64,000 nt of DNA from Hydrurus foetidus (lineage: Eukaryota). Of this stretch, positions 12,201 to 23,200 are shown piece after piece (positions within the stretch are counted from its first letter, which is position 1; every line of letters begins with the position of its first letter). The stretch is from NCBI GenBank assembly GCA_900617105.1, contig UYFQ01000163.1:1-64000 (forward strand). The letters are read 5' to 3'. The notes below the pieces were generated by a model. The model was not told the DNA's origin, made no database searches, and saw only the letters and a program-made list of their open reading frames with translations. A program made the position numbers and the translations under genes.

Positions 12201-14097
12201 ATATCTATGACTACTGTCTGCTGCTGCTGGAGCACTGGAACACTCAGTGAGGTGTTTGGTGCCATAGATTTGGACCTTGTTGTCTTGCCTCTCATCGACG
12301 CGATATCAGGGCCCCAAATAGCGTCGGCTACCTTGAAGTCGTAGGGTGTGACATCGAATCCAGTTCCATCCCTCAGCATCGCGATCGCATTCTCTACTGA
12401 TGGATAGCCCAGCCTGGCTAGAAGGTCTCTGGCTTTCTTCGCTCCGATCACTGCTCGCTTTGTATATCTGGTCAAGTTGTCAGATACAGTTGTAACGAAG
12501 GCATCATCAGCGCTTTGCCCCATCTTGCAAACGTAGAACTTGCTTTGGCTACCTGGCAATTGTCTCCTACCAAAGCTGTAGATGGTTTGGCTGCCTTTCG
12601 GCTGAACAGTGAATCGATTATCTCTTAAGTGATAATTCACTTTCGCTCCCGAGTCGACCAAAGTTGACATCGAGAGGATGTTTGCGCTGGCGTTTTGGCT
12701 GTAGTACACCATTCCAATGTCGCCAAGTTTTCCTTGTTGACTGACTCGAACTCCGCTGGCATTGGCTTGAACTCCGTTCACGGTAATCGGATGTTTCGAT
12801 TCTTTAATGTCGGTTAGAAGCTTGCTGTTCTTGAAGAGATGAACGGTAGATCCGTTGTCGAAGACAACATCATCCATCGACAAAAGTGTTGTCTCCTCAG
12901 CTGTGAGATAAGCTACTTCATCGTCAATTTCTCCCAGGTATTGGCCGATCTCCTGACTGTCGTGTTCATCATCCAGTTTTGAGACGAGTAAGGCCATGTC
13001 CGGCATCTTTCTAAGCGAGCAGTCCCGGGCAATGTGGCCGAACTTTCCACAGACGAAACAAGCTTGCCCAGGAACTCTTTTCACTTTTTCTTTTTCTTCT
13101 TTATCCACAGGCTTTGGATCTATGATTTCCTTTGAACTTTTCAAATTCTTGCCCTTCCCAGCGATGAATGCTGTATCGGCAAGAAATGCGGAGTGTGAAT
13201 CACTACCCATAGGAACCAGCAACCCATCTCTGGTCCAAGTTGAGGCGGTACGATAGGCGGCTTGTAGGGTGCGTGGGTAAGCACCAGGTACGTTTTGACA
13301 TGCGTTATTACGCATAATCGTAAGCATACCATTGTATCGTTTGTGATCCAATTTACCAATAAAGTCCATTGCGCGTAGTCGATCACTAATTTCAGGTATC
13401 CCAACACCCTCATTGCTCTTGACTTGATGATCGAACCTTATCTTAAAATCCGATATGAACTCTCTTGCTCCTTGTTTAAGATTGTGATATCTCATTGTCT
13501 GGTCATGGACGTTGGCAGCAGACATCTCGTCGTGTCACCGAACATATGGGTACGATGACTTTTACTGATGTATGTCCACAGCTTGATGGAGTCGAGGTTG
13601 AGACAAGCTACCTCGAATCCTGGCTCCTCCCGGACCTTAGACTGAGACTGGGGTGACATTCTTGCCCATGTCTTTCCCCACATTTTCCGTAGTGCTAAGT
13701 GCGCGGCCTCTTCTCGTTTCCTCCTTGCCTCGTACGCTCCCTCACGGAGTTTGTTAACGAGTTTTACTAGGGTTGCCGCAGGTATATCGGGCACCGGTAC
13801 ATGGACCTCTCCAATGTCCTCCTCTTCCTCACCAAGCTCATCATTGGGTGGTGGGACTGGCCCCACTAATACTTCAGCCGCAGGCTCGACGTAGAAAGGA
13901 TTGTATTCCCTTTCATGAGGAAAGGGAAATCTGAACGCGACATTCGTGTAGAAGTAGGTCCCCTCTTCTCCGAACTCCTCAGTGGCGAGATTATACATCG
14001 CCTCACGCCACTGAATCACGTTGTTGTTTTTACCTATTTTCAGGATACACTCCTCAGGAGTTTTTGCACCAGCCTCTGCTGGTTTCGTCTTTGGCAT
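9222..14097 (-). pseudogene. Copia gag-pol polyprotein, frameshifted (element 2)
   Basis: Four consecutive ORFs (13492-14097, 10736-13525, 9415-10830, 9222-9512) carry gag, CFVCGKFGHIARDC, VFDNGS, IN SDGE, RT HVDDLL and RH. Frameshifts near 13530, 10825 and 9515. Confidence 0.93.
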
Positions 14098-14112
14098 ACT
14101 CTTACGCCGAAG

Positions 14113-14235
14113 GTTTTAATATGTTGAGGATTATTCAATTCCGAGACACCGACAACTTCCGCAAAGACTGCCAGTTCACCGATAATGCCCAAGAATCGTA
14201 GATATCGAAATATGCTAGAAACTAGATATTAAAAC
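14113..14235 (-). promoter_or_regulatory. Putative self-priming pair, element 2: LTR motif GTTTTAATAT (minus, 14235-14226) / PBS ATATTAAAAC (minus, 14122-14113)
   Basis: Exact 10-nt reverse complement including the LTR terminal A. No tRNA-type PBS. Confidence 0.72.
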
Positions 14236-15026
14236 TTGTGCGCTATCATTCCCATTGATAGACACGAAGCTACCTGAGTTGCAGTTACAGTACAAATCCT
14301 AATCTACGATCCATGACGTATGGATACCGTCATATCTTTCATGCATGAAATCAATCCGTTGGAGACACTACACATACGGATCCATCCGGTTACAATCCTA
14401 CATCAAAGTTCCTGATCCCAGAAACTCCAACATACCGTACTGTTTCACTTTGGATATTGTGTTATTGTGTTCGGTTAAAACCGTTAAAACACCCTGTATT
14501 CTCTGATGACTGCTACAGTCAACCTTGTGAAGAGAATCTGTGTTTCTTCAATGTTCCTTGCACTTGTAAAATTTACTTGAAGCTCCTCTTGATAAAGTCT
14601 TGCTCGTATAGGCGCGCTTTCCTATACGCTCGAGACTCCGCAGAAAGGAGTTCTAAAGGGGCTCTCTTTTGGGTTATTTACTTGGCAAAGAAATATGCAA
14701 CAAGCATTGCAAATGGTTGCATAAAAGCATGTTTGATGGTTGCACTATTTCCTTTTCGATGGTTGCGTGCAGCAACGTAAATTGTCTACTTAGGTAGTGT
14801 ATTGATTGCATAAATGAAGATTCATACCACAACAAGATACAAGTCACATCACTCGAAGGGATCTCGGATCAGAGAATCCCGAACATACCCCTTGAAGTGT
14901 ATTGTATACATTGGTTGACGGAAGTGAAAATGAAAAAAGAAGAAACGGCAACTTGAAAGTCACTTGCATGAAAGTAGTGTTGGATGCGAATACAGATGTC
15001 GAGTTGAGAACATTTACTCGAATGAA

Positions 15027-18000
15027 TTACACAACTGTTGATTCTCTGTGGCGGCCACAATTCAATCCGACAAGCTTTGACCGAAGCATCTCGAAGAGGG
15101 CGCCATGGAGTGGCTTAGTCAGGATGTCAGCCACCATCTCTCCTGTTGGCAGGTAAACTATGGCAACCTCGTTTGTTTCCACATAATGACTGATGAAGAA
15201 ATACCTTATCTTGAGATGCTTGTTGCGCTCGCTTGTTGACCTTCCTTTATTCGCTAGGCATAACGTTGACTGATTATCTTGATAAATTACTGCAGGTCCA
15301 ACTGGGACGCCTTGGTGGATCAACAACTCGCGAGTCCATAGCACTTGAGAGAGAGCATCCGACAAGCCAACCAGCTCGGCCTCAGTCGATGATCTGGTAA
15401 CAATTTTCTGCTTGACGCTCTTAACGTACACTGTAGCTTCGCCAATTTGAATGACTACTCCAGTGACTGACTTCATATCACCATATGTGCCGAAGGAAGC
15501 GTCAACGTAAGCGTTGATCTGGATTGCTCCTCCAATCCTCAGCAGGAGGACATTTCCTCGAGTTGTCATTAAATACGACAATATGGGATCAAGTTTCTTC
15601 TCGTCATCTTCATCCGGGAATAGCACCCTCGTTGCGCAGTAGGAAACTGCAGTGAGGATATCTCACCTGATGCGCTTCGCCAGGTACATTCTGGATTTGT
15701 AACGAACAGCATATCCGTGGCTGGAGATTTCGCCTTTGTTTTCACGCTGTACTTATTCAAGATGTTTTCTACATATCCACTCATAGATAATGTGGCTTCC
15801 CCTGCAACGCTGAAGTTCCAGTGGATACCCAGGAAATCGTGCTCGTTGCCGACTTTGACGGTAATATCAGTATACTTTTGTCTAAGTGCATCAGCAATTG
15901 ATGTTAGCACCGACTGAACTTTGGATGATATCATGAGATCATCCACGTAGACTAAAATTGAGTCGATTCTTCCGTCTGTCTCTCTGACAAATGAACACTC
16001 ATCATATGGGTTCTTTGTGAATCCTAGGCTGCCCAGAGTGGAAGAGAGCTCCTTGTACCAAAGGACGGCTGATTCAATACAGCCGTAAAGGGCTTTCCGA
16101 AGCTTGACGACGATCGTACCATCTGTTCTCAAATAACGGAGATAGCTTGGTGTCAGTTTGCACAGGAGAGATGAAACTTCTTTTGGGAGTTTTACATGCA
16201 CTGCGCGATCCATCATTGCTGCATTGAGGTACGCAGCTTTGTGATCCAAAGTCATGACATGTTCTCCTCTATGTGCTGCAATCGATGCTGTAATGAGGAC
16301 TGAACTAAGGGCAACTGTTGGTGACGATGTTTCTACTTCTCTGTACAATGATCTGTCTTGCCTATGTCCACCTGCTACCAATCGTGCTTTCATGCGATCG
16401 ATACTGCCATTTGGTAGTTTCTTCGGCGTCAGGAACATTTTCGACGGTATTATTGATTTTGCATTATTTGCTGGATCGAGAAACTCGAAGACCTCTTTCT
16501 TAATCAAATTCCGTAACTCCTCTAGGACGGCCTTGTCCGTCGCTTCGTTGCCGAATTGTGTCGCCGCTTCTCTGATGGTGAGGGTCGCATAGACATGCCG
16601 TTCAACTGTTGATTGTCTGAAATTGTACCCTCGATTCATTTCATTACGTGCTGATCTTAAGGCTTCGACACTCTGCGATATCTGATCCTCTATCTCAGAG
16701 ACATCGTCTTCAACATCGTGAATTTCATTTGCGTCAACTTCATTATCTACCTCTAAGCTGACCATATCATCTGCATTATCATTTCTAGATGTTTCTTGAG
16801 GTGCTGCATTCGCTGGTATGAGAACGGTTCCCGCTTGATCGTGATCCTGGTCCTCATCCTCCAATGGTTGAGCTTCCTCGTAGTTTGGGGTGGTGTTGTT
16901 CTTATCGGGAATTGTGGTGGCATCTTCTGGAGTGGATTCTATATCGTGATCCTTCATCTCTACCCCTCGATCTGAATCGAGTCCATAAGGTGCATTGGGA
17001 TCAGCTAGTGCTGGCTCAGGTGAAAGGACACCAAGGTCATCGGGTTTGAGCGCCCCGGCTAGTTGTTGGAGCCTTGCTATGGCTGCCTGAGTCAACGGTG
17101 CCGGACGAAAAACGTCGCCAGTGACTGTAGCGAGTGTATCCAGATTAAGACACTTATGCGTTCCTTTAATGTTGCGGGTTGTTCCCAACCAGATGCAGTA
17201 GTCAGCTCGGGGCAGACCGGTGTTACTCTGGGTTCCTTGAGCACGCTGCAAAAATCCTGCAATCCCGAATGCGAACGGAGCATCCACTTTGTAGTTGGGA
17301 ATTCGGCCTTTGAAAGCAGTATATGCAGGAAGATGTCCTGGCGAATTCAGTTTTGGTACCATGTTCGAGGTGTGGACGACGAAGGTGATTAATGCCGCAG
17401 CCAATTTGGATGGAAGCGCGAAAGGTAGGCTGTGAAGTGTAGATCTTGCTTTGTTCTTAATGTGTCTTATAGCTGACTCGGCATGAGGGGTGTGGGAACC
17501 ACGGCCGAGTATATTGAGTTCAATTCCTAGTTCTTCCACTTCTTGACGGCTTGATTTAACTGCGCCTTCACCATCTGACGTTACAGATGATACGCGAAAT
17601 CCTTTGGCGTGGTATTGAGCAAGGTGCAAAAGGAGAGCCTTTCCAGCTTTTGCACGAGACTTCTCCGAATGCTTGTCCTTTGACGATGTGGAATCCTGAC
17701 CGGGCCCAAGGGGAGTGACCATAATCAACCCGAGCAGTACGGATATACTGAGGAAGAACGCCTGTCCTAGAAAATAGAAGAGGTCAACCTGCAGTTCCTG
17801 ATTGACAGACTGGTGGAGAGGGATAGGGTCATCCTCGCGGCACTTTGAGTTACGTTGCGTGCCTTGTCCGAGCTGGTAAGCTGCAGGTATACCATATATT
17901 TGTTGTGCGTTTACTAGATCTGATCGTGCAAAACTGATGCCTGCCATGCTTCCTCTTTGAATGATCTCTGCGGCAGCCTTGTAACTAATATATCCCATCC

Positions 18001-19375
18001 TCTGCATAAACTCGTATGCATCACGCGCACCCGTTAGCTGCCGTTTGGTGTACTCTGCCGCTTTGGAACTAACTGATACTACGAATGCCTGCTGGATCGT
18101 CTCGAGGTCCATAATATAATGACCGTTGATACAATGAAAGGTAAGCGTTGGACCGTTGCATGGCACAGCTGTGAACACGTTGCTTACTTCATCATAACTT
18201 AGCGCATGCGTTTCTCGTAGTTTTTGGTAGCTGATGATATTTGCTGTCATTTGGGGACTGTAGTACCCCTTGATGCTAAGATCTCTTATCGTACCCTCTT
18301 TTGTGATTCTTACTCTGTCGCCTGTAATACCTTGTACCGTTACAGGCGAGTCGGCCTGTCGAATATCTGTGGTGATGGTGGAACTGTGTAGAATGTGGAT
18401 GCTGGCTTGAGTGTCTAACAGCAGCAGTGTGTCCTGTCGCCCCGTGATCTTTGACAAATACATGTGATTTGTGTCCTCACAAGCATCAGCAGAGGACCAC
18501 TGTGAGGGAGATTGAAGCTGACACGCGTCCTGGACTGCGCTAAGATAGATCGTCTCATCATCTTCGGCGGCGAAATGAACCCGCTTAACCGGGCATGTCG
18601 TAGACCGATGGCCCTTTTTCCCACACGTCCAACATACGATGTTGTCTGGTGTTGTCGATCCGCCGGAGTTATCTGTAGAAGTAATCTTGGCGATGTCATC
18701 AGTTTCCTTACTTCTTGCTGTCGAACGGCCTCTTCCTCTGCCGCCACGGCCGCCGCGACCGCGACCTCCGCGTCCTCGTCCTCTTCCTCCATCAATTTTG
18801 ATTTCGTCTGCCCTTGAAAGGTAAACACTCTCGAGGTCTCTGATTGTATTTCCTCGGAACCGAATAATCTGAGCATCCTTAATTTCCTTCCATAATGTAG
18901 AGCTTACATCTGGGAGTTCTGCAATCCCACGCCTCTCGTTGTCGAAATAGTCTTTGACCAACGATGCGTATCGCGACATATCTAGGCGGTTAAGGATGCC
19001 GATAACAAGCTCATCTTCTGGGATTATTGGCAAGGCGAGGATTGCTTTGCCCAGGTTGCCAGCAGGAAACTCGTCAGGCATTTCCGGTTCTTCCTCTTCG
19101 TCTCCGTAGGCCGGAGGTGTCGACCAAAACGCCTGGCAAAGGCTGGGCTTGTAGTTTATGGCGACATGTTCACCGATTATTTTGAGGAACTCTATTGGTT
19201 TATTGTCCCTCGCTGGGGCGCCAAAATTCAGGCACGGCAATTCAGCGTTATTGCCCTTGAATTTAGGCTCTCTCTCGGCCTTCGGCTGTGGGCTAGGCCG
19301 CTCGCGGTGGGCATCTCTTCCCTGGCCTCTTTGCCCTTGATCTCTTGATCTTCGACCATGCCCGCGTCCGGACAT
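15027..19375 (-). pseudogene. Copia gag-pol polyprotein with internal deletions (element 3)
   Basis: RGG-rich gag, CWTCGKKGHRSTTC, LLDTQAS, IN SDGE, RT YVDDLM, RH ADILTKPL. Gag is short relative to elements 1 and 2. A deletion/frameshift near 15685 precedes YLAKR. Confidence 0.92.
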
Positions 19376-19456
19376 AATTCTTTTCGACGGATTCTCTCCG
19401 TTACCAGATTCTCTCTGGTTAACTTCGTAGAAAGGATGCTATCCTTCTTGTCTGAT

Positions 19457-19696
19457 ATATTTCTTTGTGTTCGGTTAAAACCGTTAAAACACCCTGTATT
19501 CTCTGATGACTGATGCAGTCAACCTTGTGAAGAGAATCTGTGTTTCTTCAATGTTCCTTGCACTTGTAAAATTAACTTGAAGCTCCTCTTGATAAAGTCT
19601 TGCTCGTATAGGCGCGCTTTCCTATACGCTCGAGACTCCGCAGAAAGGAGTTCTAAAGGGGCTCTCTTTTGGGTTATTTACTTGGCAAAGAAATAT
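19457..19696 (-). promoter_or_regulatory. Putative self-priming pair, element 3: LTR motif ATATTTCTTTG (minus, 19696-19686) / PBS CAAAGAAATAT (minus, 19467-19457)
   Basis: Exact 11-nt reverse complement abutting the LTR end. Confidence 0.78.
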
Positions 19697-20098
19697 GCAA
19701 CAAGCATTGCAAATGGTTGCATAAAAGCATGTTTGATGGTTGCACTATTTCCTTTTCGATGGTTGCGTGCAGCAACGTAAATTGTCTACTTAGGTAGTGT
19801 ATTGATTGCATAAATGAAGATTCATACCACAACAAGATACAAGTCACATCACTCGAAGGGATCTCGGATCAGAGAATCCCGTGTCGGAATAACTAATGAG
19901 CTAAGTAACCGTATAAGTTATTACGTATGTACATTTGATGACGTTTCGTACGTCGTGTGCCGTGTGGTGGTCGCTACTCCACCGGTCCAGGTTCCTTTAA
20001 CCCAGGAACATCAAAAAGATGAAAGTGCACCATGTTTGACTGTGCGGGACAGCGCGATCTTTTCGCCTGTCTCCATGAACGATGTAAGCGATGTTGCA

Positions 20099-20256
20099 TC
20101 GTTAATTACCTTAATACTCACACCAGCAGAGCTTTCGCCTTGAGCCCGGGAAAGTTGCTAGCGCACGTGTTGAACCTGCAGAAGGAGCGCGTACCCAGGA
20201 AGGATATAGTTTTCCATTCAGTGGAAACTGATCCTTAGTTACGACATAATTAACGA
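20099..20256 (+). promoter_or_regulatory. Putative self-priming pair, element 4: LTR motif TCGTTAATTA (20099-20108) / PBS TAATTAACGA (20247-20256)
   Basis: Exact 10-nt reverse complement abutting the LTR end. Confidence 0.75.
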
Positions 20257-20283
20257 GTTGCTTTCGTTGCAACCAGTTGCAAC

Positions 20284-23200
20284 ATGAAAGGCAGAGGCCG
20301 AGGCCGAGAACACAATACCGCAGGCGGTCGAGCAAACCCTGCCAACGGTGGCAGAGGGAATGCTGGCCGCGGTGCGAAGCCTCCACCAAGAACAGGAACG
20401 GTAGCCGCGATCGGCGCATTCCTGGATCTTGGAAGAGAGATGAACCATGGCAGCGTAAGCGCATGGATGAGGAAGTTCCGCGAGTATACTCGCGCGAACT
20501 ATAAGTCCGATATCTCTGAGATATTCGGCAACGAGGGCATACCGGGTGATTACCCGCAATATGTCGCTCCAGCGGACATAGCAGCCGATGCAAATTTATG
20601 GTATCAACAAAATGGAAGCGAGCATTGGAGCTATATGATAGAAATATCCTTACTCTGAGAGAAGACCGAAAGCAAGTCTTCGGACTAATGCTAGGTCAGA
20701 TTAGCGAAGCGTCGAAAGCGACAATTCGAGAAGCTGAAACAGGGCTAGCAGCCATGACTGCGGAGGACCCATTGCTATTGTTGAGAGCAATCATCCTGAC
20801 TCACCTCTCTGATCCGAGGTTGGGAGCCGATCAGAATCTGTTGAGAGTCCGAATGGCCTACGAGACAGTCAAGATGGAGCAGAACGACGTGCTGAAGTAC
20901 TACTATCAACGCTTCAAAGCGTTGAAATCCGGATACGAGGATACGATGCGGGCACTAGGGGTCATGCCCGAGTTCAACGAGGCCATGACCGCACACAATG
21001 AAGTTCTAACAGGGATGAAGTTCATGAACGGCCTGAACTCCGGTTACCGTCACTACGTAGAATACTACGAGCACGGCTCAAGGACTGGCCAGACACGCTC
21101 GAGGACGCGTACCTCGAGATGGCCAAGGTCACGCCGAAGAAATCAGCAGCAGCAACACCACCCAACCAGACCAACGTTTTCGCCACGAAAACGGCTGGCG
21201 GTGAGAAACCACTGATGCTGGTAAAGGGAAGGCTAATGGGAACGGGGACAGAGGGAAGGGTGGGCGTACGTCGTACGGCACCCGTCCCGGAAATTGCAAT
21301 AAGTGCGGTGAAGCCGGACACTACTCCTATGAGTGTACGGCCAAGGATAGCCAAGCGGGTGCATCAGCACCCAGTGGAAAGTCGGTAAACTAAGTAAGAT
21401 ACATTATTCCTCACCTGTACACTCACCCACACTTACATCCACACACACACCTATACATACACTCACCGATCCTCCATGTTTGGCTGATTCCACTAGCGGA
21501 ATTGAAACATGTGATCATATTGTTTTTAGTGCCAATACATGCAATATATATAACATGATTAGAAGTAGACACATTCTGCTTGACACATGTGCTGGTGAGT
21601 CGGTTTTCAACGACTCATCCCTGCTGTATAATGTCGAACACGCACCCACACCTATGATTGTTAGCGGGGTGAATCCGAAAGGAAAACCGCTGATAATCAA
21701 GAAACGTGGGGTGTCGGCGTTCGGCAACGTGTATTATAGCCCTGACTGTGCTGGTAACATATTGTCTTTTGGTAATGCTGTACGTGACTGTACTGATGTT
21801 AAGTACTTACATGACTATGATTGTTACATAGTGCAAGACGTCAGCGGAAAATATTTTTATAGATTCTCACGAGATGAGACTATGAATATATACCAATGTA
21901 ATCTTGACACTATGGTAACAGAATGCATGCCAATGTTAGTTACGACAGTAGAGCAGAATAAGAAGAAGTATACAGTAAGAGAAGTCAGAGACGCGTCGTT
22001 AGCTAGAGACTATCAGCGTAGACTAGGATACGCTAGCGCAGCACAGACTATTAAGTTGATATCCCAAGGGAATTTGACTAATAGCAAAGTGACTGCGCGA
22101 GACGTACATAGAGCCATTGATATATGGGGACCGGACGTGGGATCCCTTAAGGGGAAGACCACTAGTCACCAGGCCAAGTTAGAAGAGAAGCTACCACTGA
22201 TAGGTATTGAGTACAAGACAGAACAGATTATGTACGTAGATATAATGTTTGTCAACCAAGTACCATATCTAGTATCAGTTGTGCAGCCCATCGAGTTCCT
22301 ATACGTTAGCAAGTTAGCTAACCGAGAGCACAAGAGCATATGGAACAGCCTAAAGACTTCATTAGCAAGCATGGTAAAGTACAGATTCAGAGTTAAGATG
22401 ATCCGAGTAGACGGCGAGGGTGCAATCAATACAGAATGGTTTCACAACAAAGTCGGCTTAAGAGGTATAGTACTAGACGTTACCGGAGCCGGAGAAGCCG
22501 TAGCCGTAGTCGAGCGTAAGATACGACACATAAAGGAGAGAGTAAGATCAGTAGTCAATTCTCTACCGTTCTCATTGAATGAGAAATTAGAAGTGTGGTT
22601 AGTTAAGTATGCAGTCAGTAGAATTGTATTAGCACCCACACGTAACTCACTTAATCACATCAGTCCACGAGAGAAATTAACTGGAAGAAAGTTAGACGTA
22701 GATAAGGAGATTAAACATGGTTTTGGTGATTATGTCCAAGTGCATAATGATGTCATTGATAACTCTACCAAACCAAGAACAGCCGGGGCCATAGCACTTA
22801 TGAGCTCCGGTAATCTAGAAGGTTCATGGTACTACATGCTGTTAGCTAACGAACGTATTGTTAAACGTACTAAAGCGACTGTACTACCTATGCCTGATGA
22901 AGTGATATTACACTTGAATGTACTAGCTTCAAAGAGAAAAACTGCCAATGTTAAACAGCCTGTATTTGAGAATAGTAGTCACATTGTATTCGATGATGAT
23001 GACGATGTTGAAGATGATAGTGCTTACATTGGTGATGTTGAATATGAAACTGTCGATGAAAATGCTAACGCAGATTACACCGATGAGATTATTGAAGATA
23101 ACGATCACAATGATAACGAAACACATCTTGAATCACAACTCGATATGTCTGATGAAAATCACCCACCCACATTAGATGAGTATGTAGATGACACACTATA

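Larger units (their letters stand above)
8774..14432 (-). mobile_element. Ty1/Copia LTR retrotransposon, element 2
   Basis: 311-bp LTRs at 8774-9084 and 14122-14432, identical by eye. TSD TACCG (8769-8773, 14433-14437). Confidence 0.97.
14468..19881 (-). mobile_element. Ty1/Copia LTR retrotransposon, element 3 (5' LTR clipped by element 4)
   Basis: 418-bp LTR at 14468-14885 (TGTTCGG...CCCGAACA). The copy at 19468-19881 lacks the outer AACA and differs at about 3 positions. No second TSD because element 4 starts at 19882. Confidence 0.95.

Noticed and set aside
8737..14467. 35-37 bp spacers between repeats as a CRISPR-like array
   Set aside because: The repeats are LTRs of different retrotransposons with TSDs, the context is eukaryotic, and no cas genes are present.
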